Source: a bacterium (GTDB lineage: Bacteria; Hinthialibacterota; Hinthialibacteria; Hinthialibacterales; Hinthialibacteraceae). Taken from it: DNA of 64,000 nucleotides. This document shows positions 1 to 9,106 of this stretch, piece by piece. The notes below the pieces were generated by a model that worked only from the letters and a program-made list of their open reading frames with translations, made no database searches and was not told the DNA's origin. A program made the position numbers and the translations under genes. The stretch spans positions 896,001 through 960,000 of the forward strand of contig CAXXMV010000008.1 in the NCBI GenBank assembly GCA_963662285.2, given 5' to 3'. Each line of letters opens with the position of its first letter. Position 1 is the first letter of the stretch.

Positions 1-572
1 TAATCAGCCCGTTCGCTATCAACCTGTTTGAGTTCATCGGCGGCCTGTTTTTCGCTCATGCCTTCAATATCTTTAAGATTACGCAATCGATATTCATAGG
101 GGGCTACAACTCTGAGATGAAAAGCAGGGGTGTTGGCCAGAAGAAAATTGGCGCCCCGTCCAACCACCACAACTCCCCCCTGAATTGCAAGAGTTTTTAT
201 CGCTTCGCCCAGAGACTTAATATATTCGTCATGGTCAAATACTTTTTCTGATATGAGGCTTTTGACCCACAATTCCAGTTCAGAACGGTTTTTCTCATCA
301 AGCGACTCCACCAGTTCGCTGCGTACGCCAATATGTTTGGCGATATAATCGACCACTTTTCTATCAAACAGGCCATACTGCAACTCATGAGCCAGCAGTT
401 TACCAAGTTCATGTCCCCGGCAGCCGCGTTGCCGCGATACGGTTACCACCGGTTTATTTCCAGAATGACCAGCCATGGTTGAATGATCATCCTGATGGGC
501 TTTTTCATATACCTCATTTTCCATATTCCACCGTTTCACTTGCCGACTGACAATCAGGTGAATGTCGCTCAT
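1..572 (-). CDS. Cytidylate kinase-like family protein (runs off window start)
   Basis: Not in ORF track. Manual translation MSDIHLIVSRQVKRW...PVVTVSRQRGCRGHELGKLLAHELQYGLFDRKVVDYIA (degenerate P-loop typical of Cytidylate_kin2). RBS AAGGAG before ATG at 572. Confidence 0.8.
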   Translation of the reverse strand, partial: MSDIHLIVSRQVKRWNMENEVYEKAHQDDHSTMAGHSGNKPVVTVSRQRGCRGHELGKLLAHELQYGLFDRKVVDYIAKHIGVRSELVESLDEKNRSELELWVKSLISEKVFDHDEYIKSLGEAIKTLAIQGGVVVVGRGANFLLANTPAFHLRVVAPYEYRLRNLKDIEGMSEKQAADELKQVDSERAD

Positions 573-727
573 GGTTTTAACTCCTTTACTCTGCATTTTG
601 AAAACGCCCTTAGCTATAGTTTATCATATTTTACGGGGTTGTGTATAATAAGTGTCCTTGGAGACTGGCATCGTTCATCGGGCAACCATGAAGGATTGCC
701 CCTACTTGTTATCATTGGTGGTTTTTT

Positions 728-757
728 GATGGGTCGATGAGGCGTGACCCATCCTAC
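728..757 (-). repeat. GTAG-type REP hairpin (family D)
   Basis: Minus strand GTAGGATGGGTCACGCCTCATCGACCCATC. Relatives at 19456, 20459, 22780, 23016 and 38311. Confidence 0.75.
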
Positions 758-811
758 GCAGAGGTGATTCTTGATTCGCCCTAACACTTCTGCCCACTTT
801 GCTGTGCAATC

Positions 812-846
812 AAAAAGGGCGGGTGCATATATCACATCCCGCCCTT
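812..846 (-). terminator. Intrinsic terminator after thrC
   Basis: AAGGGCGGG...CCCGCCCTTTTT hairpin plus T-run on the minus strand, downstream of the thrC stop. Confidence 0.7.
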
Positions 847-897
847 AATATACCTATATTATCAAACATTTTTATCAGACATCTTTATCTAAAAGCA

Positions 898-2268
898 TTA
901 CCAATTTTGCAATATTTCTTCCACTGACTCAACGCTGCCGCTTGCTACTCGGAAACTATTGGCGTATTTAGCGTTAGGTTTTTCGGAATGATAGTGTGCG
1001 GTTGATTCTGAAAATTTAAGACCGGTTGCTGTACTGATGACTACCGAAGTCTCTTTTTCTGAAACGACGCCATCAGCGCGGGCTTGGAAGAGCGAGGATA
1101 ATCCAATGCCGGTCTGGGGACAAATATCCACTCCGCCACGGGTGACGGCCATCTGGGCGTCCTGAATCTGATCTTCATCATTACTATAAAAATGCGCGTC
1201 GAAGGATTGAATTAATTGCGCCACTCTAGGAAATGACACCGGATCGGAAATGTTGGCGGCGGATGCAACGCTGTGTTGGAATTTTCCTGGTTTGTAGCCA
1301 TTTGGGGTGCGTCCTGCTTTATCCCAGCGCACCAGGGTGTCGCAGACCTTAGCTTGTCCGACGATGATTCCCGGGAGGCGGTCAATCAATCCATGATGAT
1401 GGGCGCGTTTCAATCCAATTAACAAAGCGGTCAAATTGCCTGCGTTGCCCACTGGAATAACAATCCAATCGGGAACCTTCCAGTGTAAATCCTGGCAGAG
1501 TTCCAAACCGATGGTTTCCTGGCCGACGATGCGGAAAGCGTTTTTGGAATTAACCAGCACCAGATCAGGGTGAGTCGCGCTGAATTGCTGGATGATGCGC
1601 ATGCAGCCATCGAATCCATCGGGGTGATCGACTGCAATAACCTTCGCCCCGAATTGCAGAGCCTGGGTTAATTGCGCGACGGAAATTTTTTTATGCGGCA
1701 CAAGGATGACGCACTGCAAACGGTCGCGCGCGTAAGCGGCGTAAGCGGCGGCGGAGGCGGAGGTGTCTCCCGTGCTGGCGCAGCACACGCCCTGGATACC
1801 CAAATCGGGGAAATTCATCTGGAGGCGCAAGGTTTCGCTGACCGCAACCGACATGCCGCGATCCTTAAAACTGCCGCTGGGATTCTGGCCTTCCAACTTT
1901 ATAAAAGATGGTCCTAAAACAAGTTCTTTAAGGAGCCATTGTGGTATTTCAAAAAGGTCGGTGCAACCTTCGTACATGGCCAAACAGGCATCGTCGGGGA
2001 AGCCGGGAAGGATGAAGTCCTTCCATCCAAACACGCCAGAGCCAGTCGGGTATTGACGGGCCAGTTCACTCCATCGAATTCGATCAAAGTAGTGACAGGC
2101 CTCAACGCCATGACCGATCTTAGCAGCGATAAAATCTTCATCACGTTCAACTAACAACAAACCATTGCAACCCGGTTTGGTGCAGGTATAGGTAAACCGA
2201 TCCATGGGATATGTGGTTGAACAAGCAATGCATTGTAAATAAAAGCCGACTGATCCGCTATCCGCCAT
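898..2268 (-). CDS. thrC: Threonine synthase (PLP, fold type II)
   Basis: KLEGQNPSGSFKDRG, CASTGDTSAS, PVGNAGN and STATGLKF motifs; N-terminal CxxC zinc ribbon. Confidence 0.92.
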   Translation of the reverse strand: MADSGSVGFYLQCIACSTTYPMDRFTYTCTKPGCNGLLLVERDEDFIAAKIGHGVEACHYFDRIRWSELARQYPTGSGVFGWKDFILPGFPDDACLAMYEGCTDLFEIPQWLLKELVLGPSFIKLEGQNPSGSFKDRGMSVAVSETLRLQMNFPDLGIQGVCCASTGDTSASAAAYAAYARDRLQCVILVPHKKISVAQLTQALQFGAKVIAVDHPDGFDGCMRIIQQFSATHPDLVLVNSKNAFRIVGQETIGLELCQDLHWKVPDWIVIPVGNAGNLTALLIGLKRAHHHGLIDRLPGIIVGQAKVCDTLVRWDKAGRTPNGYKPGKFQHSVASAANISDPVSFPRVAQLIQSFDAHFYSNDEDQIQDAQMAVTRGGVDICPQTGIGLSSLFQARADGVVSEKETSVVISTATGLKFSESTAHYHSEKPNAKYANSFRVASGSVESVEEILQNW

Positions 2269-2473
2269 TGTCTAATCTCCAATTGCGTTATGATATAATA
2301 GTATAATCCGTATTACGGATATATAATATTTGATCTATGATACTGCGAAGAGAAGAAAGGTGAATCCATACGTTCTAATCTTTCGCTCTTTTTATTCATT
2401 GCGATTGTTATTTTATTTTAAGTGGAAGCCATTTTGCATTCAGCGAAATGGAAAAAACGCCGGATGGGTAATC

Positions 2474-3379
2474 ATGCATCAATGTTTTAAGTTCTACAAT
2501 TTAATCCGTTTCATCCGCCCTTATGCATTATTTGTCTGCTTTTTTATATTTGCGGGCGTATTGTCAGATCACGCCCAAGCCGACCAATGGTGGTCAACCG
2601 CCAAGGTGGAAGAGACGCGTCAGGTTGATGCAGGTCTTACTTATGAACGGGTGCTCTATCAGAAGATCACCAACGAACCGGTAAGAGCGCATATCCTCAA
2701 TGTTACCGGCATCGGCGCCCAATATATCTTTGGCGTACTGGGCAGTTATGGCGCTCTATTCCCTTCATCCGATTTTTCCAAACAGAGCGAAGCCATTGCT
2801 ATTGTAAACGGCAGTTTTTTTTCCAAAAAGCCAACCAGGGCATTGGGATTGGTGGCTGCGCATAACCGGATTTTATATCCCCCGCATGCCGGAGAAAATA
2901 CTCGCGGCGCCGTTGGTTTCACTCCCCAGACAATACTTTTTGATTGGATTTGCATGAATGATATTGAAGGCAACCGATTCAAGACTGACAAACCTGATTG
3001 GAATAATTGCCACGCCGCTTTAGGCGCCGGTCCATTGCTTATCAAAGATGGAACCTCTCTGCTTTCTACTCCTTTGGAAGGTTTTAACTTAGAGCAAATC
3101 GCACCCCGCACCGCTATCGGACAAACCAAAGACGGGCAGGTCTATCTCATCGTGGTTGATGGCCGTCAACCGGCCTGGAGCGCTGGAGTAACTCTAAGCG
3201 AGCTGGGTGAATTATTCATCAGTTTCAACGCCCACAACGCGCTCAATCTTGATGGTGGAGGATCATCCACTATGGTGATTCAAAACGAAATCATCAACCG
3301 GCCTTGCGATTACGCCATTCCCGGACAGCCCGGTAAAGAACGCCCCGTGGCCAATGTGATCTCCATCTTTAAGAAATAA
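2474..3379 (+). CDS. Secreted phosphodiester glycosidase (NAGPA/DUF2233) family protein
   Basis: VNGSFF, APRTAIG, VVDGRQ and ALNLDGGGSS motifs; signal peptide after ATG 2474. Confidence 0.85.
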   Translation: MHQCFKFYNLIRFIRPYALFVCFFIFAGVLSDHAQADQWWSTAKVEETRQVDAGLTYERVLYQKITNEPVRAHILNVTGIGAQYIFGVLGSYGALFPSSDFSKQSEAIAIVNGSFFSKKPTRALGLVAAHNRILYPPHAGENTRGAVGFTPQTILFDWICMNDIEGNRFKTDKPDWNNCHAALGAGPLLIKDGTSLLSTPLEGFNLEQIAPRTAIGQTKDGQVYLIVVDGRQPAWSAGVTLSELGELFISFNAHNALNLDGGGSSTMVIQNEIINRPCDYAIPGQPGKERPVANVISIFKK

Positions 3380-3427
3380 TAATTGGTCAGCCAATTGAAG
3401 CGCGTATTTCTTTACAAGGGTGGTCGT

Positions 3428-3562
3428 TATCAACCCTCTCCTAACCTCTCCCAATCTTGGGAGAGGAATGTTAGACCACAGTGTTTTGTATGACTAAGTC
3501 AAAAAGATATAAATGGTTATATCTCCAAAATCCTTCTCCCCCAATTTGGGTGAGAATTCAAG
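3428..3562. repeat. REPIN-like element: two inverted CCCTC...GGGAG hairpins (family C) with a conserved spacer
   Basis: Near-identical copy at 58184-58330; half copy in reverse orientation at 26585-26672. Confidence 0.8.
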
Positions 3563-3795
3563 TGTAAACTATGCACCCGGTATTCTCTAATCCTCAACCC
3601 ATAAAATATTATTTATATTTGTGGGTAAAGATCAGACCAAGCCAGGAGGAGGTTAGGTGGGGATTGCTTGGTCGAAGCGCAACCCCCCTCTAACTAAATG
3701 TCATTACGACCTATTCTTTCAAAAAAAACAGGTACAATAATAAACATGTAATTTATCTGGATAATTTCAATGAAATGAAATGAGATATCTAAGTA

Positions 3796-4935
3796 ATGGG
3801 CTTTATCTTTTCACAGAATTCACTGCAAATCACCATCAGATCAATCTGCGTATTTATTCTATATAGTAGTATTGTATTTTTAACTTCATTATTTACCTTT
3901 GAACCATCCAGTACACCGCTGTTCTGGCCGGCCAACGCAATTATTCTGGTTATTATGCTCTATGCAACCAGACTTCGAGCGATCATATATCTGGCATCAG
4001 CAGGTGTGAGTTATTTTTTATATATTTATTATTTTGATGCGTTTGGATTTAGTCCATCAATTCTATTAGCTTCTTCTAATATGATCGAAATCGCATCGGG
4101 GTATCTATTAATTACTTATGGCGCATCAATGCCGCTTCAATTTAACCGATTGAGCGGAACTATAGAATTGATTGGTTACGGAGTAATTCTAAATTCGCTA
4201 ATCGGAGCAACAGCCGGAACATTTCTGATGCGCCATATATGGGAGTCGACAACTTTCATAAGTTGGTCTATATGGTTTGGTACAGCCGCTATTGGTAATC
4301 TGATAATACTGCCATTAATTATTTCATGGTTTTCGCCAAATAAAAGAAGATACAATGGGAAACAAAAAATTGATATTATTCTGATCTTTATAGCTTGTAT
4401 TTTGGTCTCACTCCTTATTTTTACAGCGGATAAAGACCAGCCATTGATATATCCCTATTTTGTATTCCCGATACTACTATTTTCTGCTATGAGATTTGAC
4501 TTGAGAATTACATCAATTACCTTTTTGATATTTATAATCATATCATCCATTTGCAGTTCTATGGCCATGGGACCATTCGCCATGGGTGAATATTACCGCG
4601 AGATTGTCTTGTTGAGGTTTCAACTTTTCTGCGGGATATCAATAATCACAGTTTTAATAGTATCCGCATTGCAATCTGAAAGAGAACTCTTGGTCAACCA
4701 ACTGCGGGAGGCTGCAAGTCAGATCAAAACCCTGAGCGGTTTCATACCCATCTGCGCCCATTGCAAAAACATCCGGGATGACTCAGGTTATTGGAATAAA
4801 TTAGAAAGTTATCTTCAAGAAAATTCAGACGCGCAACTCTCGCACGGCATTTGTCCGGAGTGCGCCAAAAAATACTATGGAGAATATTTAACGGAAAAAG
4901 ATAAAGAACTTTCAGGTTGTGAAAAGGAAAAATGA
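3796..4935 (+). CDS. MASE1 membrane sensor with C-terminal Cys4 (ICAHCK...HGICPEC) domain
   Basis: LFWPANAI MASE1 motif, about 9 TM helices, C-terminal IPICAHCKNIRDDSGYW...SHGICPECAKKYY. Confidence 0.8.
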   Translation: MGFIFSQNSLQITIRSICVFILYSSIVFLTSLFTFEPSSTPLFWPANAIILVIMLYATRLRAIIYLASAGVSYFLYIYYFDAFGFSPSILLASSNMIEIASGYLLITYGASMPLQFNRLSGTIELIGYGVILNSLIGATAGTFLMRHIWESTTFISWSIWFGTAAIGNLIILPLIISWFSPNKRRYNGKQKIDIILIFIACILVSLLIFTADKDQPLIYPYFVFPILLFSAMRFDLRITSITFLIFIIISSICSSMAMGPFAMGEYYREIVLLRFQLFCGISIITVLIVSALQSERELLVNQLREAASQIKTLSGFIPICAHCKNIRDDSGYWNKLESYLQENSDAQLSHGICPECAKKYYGEYLTEKDKELSGCEKEK

Positions 4936-5008
4936 TACGACATTACTTAGGTTCAACCCGAAAGTGAGTACTTATGGAATGACGCTCCGGCAAAAAGTGG
5001 ATAGAGAT

Positions 5009-5121
5009 GGATGGCAAGGGCAGGGCCGCATTGCGGTTAGCCCTTGATTACACATCAATTTCATAATTTCAGTAGTTACTGAACGCCTCTCAAGAGTTGA
5101 TTTCGTCTTGCTCTTGTCACC
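5009..5121. repeat. Composite element with inverted pair of family-A hairpins
   Basis: Direct, diverged copy at 7893-8007. Confidence 0.7.
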
Positions 5122-5226
5122 CGTCCGTCAAGAATTTCATCACCATGATTCATCTGATCGGGTCTAAATTAGAGTTCAAACGCCCCAAGGTTTTACCATC
5201 TTTCCACATTAAATAACGAAGAGGCC
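5121..5226 (+). pseudogene. ISL3-family transposase 3' remnant with right end
   Basis: Frame reads SVKNFITMIHLIGSKLEFKRPKVLPSFHIK*, followed by CGAAGAGGCC; resembles an ISL3 C-terminus and GGC-TCTTC terminal IR. Confidence 0.55.
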
Positions 5227-5393
5227 TATATAAACTCCAGTAACTACTGAATAATTTGTTAGTGAAACTTAGAGGAAAGAAATACAAAAGTCATAGTGTA
5301 AATTGCATGATGAATTATAGCCTGACAATTCCCAATAGTTATTCAATAGGATGATTAATAAACGAACATATTCTGATCAATGGGTAGAATGAA

Positions 5394-6692
5394 ATGATAT
5401 GGATCTGGCTTGGATTTATAACGTTAATTATTTTTTTTCTTGCCTTGGATTTAGGAGTTTTCAATCGTAAAGCGCATGTAATTACAATTTCAGAATCGGT
5501 TGGATGGACAATAATATGGGTCATACTCTCGTTCGGATTTAACGTTCTTATTTATTATTTGTATGAAAATCATGTATTTGGAATTGGAAGTGCAATCGGG
5601 CATCCTTTGAATGGGAAAGAAGCATCGTTACAATTTTTTGCCGGGTATATACTCGAAAAAACCTTGAGTATCGATAATATATTTATTATTGCATTGATTT
5701 TCTCCTATTTCCGCATCCCTCCGATTCATCAACACCGTGTTTTATTTTGGGGTGTTATCGGCGCATTGATAATGCGTGCAGTTATGATTACGTTAGGCGT
5801 ATCGTTGATAAATCGTTTTGAATGGATCATCTATATCTTCGGTGCATTATTGATCGCAACAGCGGTCAAAATGCTCTTCTCCAGACATGATAATCTTGAA
5901 CCGGATAAAAATCCCGTCGTACGGATTTTCAAGAAATTTTTCCCTGTGAGTAATGATTTGCATGAAGAAAAGTTTTTTATCAGGCAAAATGGGAAAATCG
6001 TCTTTACGCCGATTTTTATTACATTAATAGTTGTGGAGTCTTCCGACTTGCTTTTTGCGATTGATTCGATCCCGGCGGTTTTTGCTGTATCACAAGATCC
6101 TTTTATAATTTTTACTTCGAATGTTTTTGCGATATTAGGCCTACGTTCCATGTATTTTGCATTAGCAGGCGTTCTAGAAAGATTCCGTTTCTTGAAAATG
6201 AGCCTTGTTTTCGTTCTCGCATATGTGGGAATAAAGATGATTATTTCTCATACCTACAAGATACCTGTGCTTGTCTCTTTGACTATTATTAGCGGGATAT
6301 TTTCAATTGGTTTTCTTGTATCGATTTTTGCGCCCAAAAAAGATGCAAAAGCAATTGAGTCGCCTTTATCTTCCTATGATGAGATTGTTGATTTTGCCGG
6401 TTCGATATCTAAACAAGTAAGACGAATTATGGTTCTTTTGACAGGAGCCATTGTGTTGCTAGTAGGATTGGCGATGATTATTTTGCCCGGTCCGGCAATT
6501 TTGGTAATCCCCGCCGGAATGGCGATTCTTGGAGCGGAATTTCTCTGGGCAAAGAAACTAATGGAACAAATGGATTCCTCTGTGGAGCATCTTCCGATGA
6601 TTGGAGTAATCTATCAAAAGACGGTTAAGAAACTGATCGCGAGGATAATGAAATCAAAGATGAATAACAATAATTCCAAAGAGAGGCGCTGA
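5394..6692 (+). CDS. TerC/Alx family membrane protein with C-terminal PGPGW-like extension
   Basis: EKTLSIDNIF, QHRVLFWG, DLLFAIDSIPAVFA and SNVFAILGLRSMYF motifs; tail IILPGPAILVIPAGMAILGAEFLWA. Confidence 0.9.
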   Translation: MIWIWLGFITLIIFFLALDLGVFNRKAHVITISESVGWTIIWVILSFGFNVLIYYLYENHVFGIGSAIGHPLNGKEASLQFFAGYILEKTLSIDNIFIIALIFSYFRIPPIHQHRVLFWGVIGALIMRAVMITLGVSLINRFEWIIYIFGALLIATAVKMLFSRHDNLEPDKNPVVRIFKKFFPVSNDLHEEKFFIRQNGKIVFTPIFITLIVVESSDLLFAIDSIPAVFAVSQDPFIIFTSNVFAILGLRSMYFALAGVLERFRFLKMSLVFVLAYVGIKMIISHTYKIPVLVSLTIISGIFSIGFLVSIFAPKKDAKAIESPLSSYDEIVDFAGSISKQVRRIMVLLTGAIVLLVGLAMIILPGPAILVIPAGMAILGAEFLWAKKLMEQMDSSVEHLPMIGVIYQKTVKKLIARIMKSKMNNNNSKERR

Positions 6693-6695
6693 GCG

Positions 6696-7847
6696 ATGCA
6701 TGTTGATCCCATTATGCCTCTTTTCGTTTCAATTGTATTGGTTATGACTGTGGTTGCAATCGTGGCCAGAATTATCAAGCAGCCTTTAATCATTGGGTAT
6801 TTGATAACCGGTTTCTTTATCGGTCCGCAAGGTTTGGGTATTGTTAGCAATCCTGAGGTTATATCCCGTGTTGGTTCGGTTGGTGTATTGTTGTTACTGT
6901 TTTTCATAGGGATGGAAGTGTGTCCCAGGAAATTGGTCTCGAATTGGAAACTCACAATTGTTGGAACTTCGATTCAAATCCTATTATCCGTTGGCATCAT
7001 CATTGTACTGGGTTATTTATTCCAGTGGCCTTTTCATCGAAGCCTTTTAATCGGCTTTGTAATTGCAATAAGCAGCACGGCCGTCATACTCAATTTGCTT
7101 AAGGAATGGAACGAATTGGATACCCGTGTTGGGCAGGACGTATTGGGGATTTTACTTACACAGGACCTTGCGATCATTCCCATGATTATCCTATTGGGAT
7201 TTTTTACAGGCGAGCGTTTAGACATATTTGTTTTGAGCCTGCAACTATTTGGCAGCATCCTTTTTTTATCTATTGTTATGTGGACCATGGGGAAGGAAAA
7301 AATCCACCTTCCATTTGGCAAATGGATTCGTAACGACCATGAAGTACAAGTTTTGTTTGCATTGTTATTCTGTTTTGGCTTGGCTCTGATTTCCAGCCTT
7401 CTTCACTTATCTTCGGCTTTGGGCGCTTTTGTCGGGGGGATTCTCATCCGGGCGGCGAAAGAAACAGCTTGGGTTGAAGATAAACTGCATTCCTTACAAG
7501 TGATATTTATCGCCTTGTTTTTTGCATCTATCGGAATGTTGCTTGATTTCAGATTTTTGATTGAGTATTGGAGAGTTATTTCTATTCTATTGGTCATTGT
7601 TATATTAGGTAACACGCTGATTAACACTTTAATATTTAAGGGATTAGGGAGATCGTGGAGGGAAAGTCTGTACGGAGGAGTTTTGTTATCACAAATTGGT
7701 GAATTCAGTTTTTTATTGGCAGCTATTGGGTATAACTCCAATATCATTGGAAAATATGCATATCAAATAACAATAATTTTGATTGTTCTAACTCTTATGG
7801 TCAGCCCGCTTTGGATCATGGGATGCAAAAAAATAATACGTAGATGA
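6696..7847 (+). CDS. CPA2 (KefB-like) cation:proton antiporter, membrane domain only
   Basis: GVLLLLFFIGME, AISSTAV, GILLTQDL, ALGAFVGG and LSQIGEFSF motifs; no KTN tail. Confidence 0.88.
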   Translation: MHVDPIMPLFVSIVLVMTVVAIVARIIKQPLIIGYLITGFFIGPQGLGIVSNPEVISRVGSVGVLLLLFFIGMEVCPRKLVSNWKLTIVGTSIQILLSVGIIIVLGYLFQWPFHRSLLIGFVIAISSTAVILNLLKEWNELDTRVGQDVLGILLTQDLAIIPMIILLGFFTGERLDIFVLSLQLFGSILFLSIVMWTMGKEKIHLPFGKWIRNDHEVQVLFALLFCFGLALISSLLHLSSALGAFVGGILIRAAKETAWVEDKLHSLQVIFIALFFASIGMLLDFRFLIEYWRVISILLVIVILGNTLINTLIFKGLGRSWRESLYGGVLLSQIGEFSFLLAAIGYNSNIIGKYAYQITIILIVLTLMVSPLWIMGCKKIIRR

Positions 7848-7892
7848 AAATTTTTTTGAGAAAAATGTCGCTAATGATTCTTCATTAGTGGA

Positions 7893-8007
7893 TAGGCGCC
7901 AATGGCAAGACCGCATTGTAGTCAGCCCTTGATTAAAACCCAATTACATAATTTTATTAGTTACTGAAAACCTCTCAAGGGCTGACTTCATCATGCTCTT
8001 GCAACCT
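7893..8007. repeat. Composite family-A element (direct copy of 5009-5121)
   Basis: Shared GCCCTTGATTA..CATAATTT..TAGTTACTGAA..CCTCTCAAG..TGCTCTTG. Confidence 0.7.
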
Positions 8008-8029
8008 GTAATATGATAATCGCTCTAGC

Positions 8030-8063
8030 ATACCAAAAGCCCGTAACAGCGGGCTTTTGGTAT
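8030..8063. terminator. Bidirectional terminator between antiporter and cydB
   Basis: ATACCAAAAGCCCG-loop-CGGGCTTTTGGTAT perfect stem between convergent genes. Confidence 0.85.
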
Positions 8064-8089
8064 ACAACATGTTTATATATAATCGGATT

Positions 8090-9106
8090 CTAATAACTTT
8101 CCTCAGTAATCTCCGTTTTGCCTCTAAAGATATAGTAGATCACCGCCGTATAGGCGATCACCATCGGCATTCCAATCAGCGCGATGACCAGCATTACTTT
8201 TAAGGTCAGGGGCGTGGATGAGTGGGCGTAAACTGTCAGGCTATAATCCAGGTTGGTCAGGGATGGCACCATCCGGGGATAGAGACTTACTCCGGTCAGA
8301 CCCAGGGTTCCCGCTATCATCACCGATGATGCGAGAAACGCAATACCATAACGCGCCGCCTTAATTGTAACCGGCAAATAGGCGATGGCGCCCAGCATGG
8401 GTAGGAATACCACCCAGAAACTCCACTTGGACAAAATGCCGTCAAACAGAAACGGCGCCGCGAAGAAGGTCGATATAGTGGCCAATACATAGAGGATGAC
8501 CGAGGTCATCCATGCACCGTTAGCCCAACCCTGCATTCTGGATTGTAGATCGCCAACGGTTTTGATCGCCATATAGATAGCGCCATGCATGATGAAAAGC
8601 GATAGGGTTAAAAGCCCGATAAGGATGGCGTAGGGATTAAGCAAACCGAGAAAACTACCTGTGAAAGTATAGGTTTCATTCAAGGGGATTCCCCGCAGAA
8701 TATTGCCTAAGGCCACGCCAAGCAATAGGGCGGGCAGCAGGCTGCCAATCCCGAACATCCAGTCGAATAGACGTCTCCAAACCGGGCAATCTACCTTTCC
8801 GCGGAATTCCATTGACACAGCACGGAAAATCAGCGCGGCCAGAAGCAGCATCAGGGCTATGTAAAAGCTGCTGAAAACCGTGGCGTAAACCGGTGGAAAC
8901 GCGGCGAACAGCGCCCCGCCTCCGGTCAGCAGCCACACTTCGTTTCCATCCCACACCGGACCGATAGCATTGATGTGGATGCGTTGTTCATTATCATCCC
9001 GTGCGAAAAGGCTCAATGCTCCTACGCCCAGATCGAAGCCATCCAGGATGGCGTAGCCTGCGAACAGGACTCCTACTAACAAGAACCAGACTGTGTTTAA
9101 ATCCAT
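8090..9106 (-). CDS. cydB: Cytochrome bd ubiquinol oxidase subunit II
   Basis: LDGFDLGVG and IGPVWDGNEVWL motifs; coupled to cydA. Confidence 0.95.
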   Translation of the reverse strand: MDLNTVWFLLVGVLFAGYAILDGFDLGVGALSLFARDDNEQRIHINAIGPVWDGNEVWLLTGGGALFAAFPPVYATVFSSFYIALMLLLAALIFRAVSMEFRGKVDCPVWRRLFDWMFGIGSLLPALLLGVALGNILRGIPLNETYTFTGSFLGLLNPYAILIGLLTLSLFIMHGAIYMAIKTVGDLQSRMQGWANGAWMTSVILYVLATISTFFAAPFLFDGILSKWSFWVVFLPMLGAIAYLPVTIKAARYGIAFLASSVMIAGTLGLTGVSLYPRMVPSLTNLDYSLTVYAHSSTPLTLKVMLVIALIGMPMVIAYTAVIYYIFRGKTEITEESY

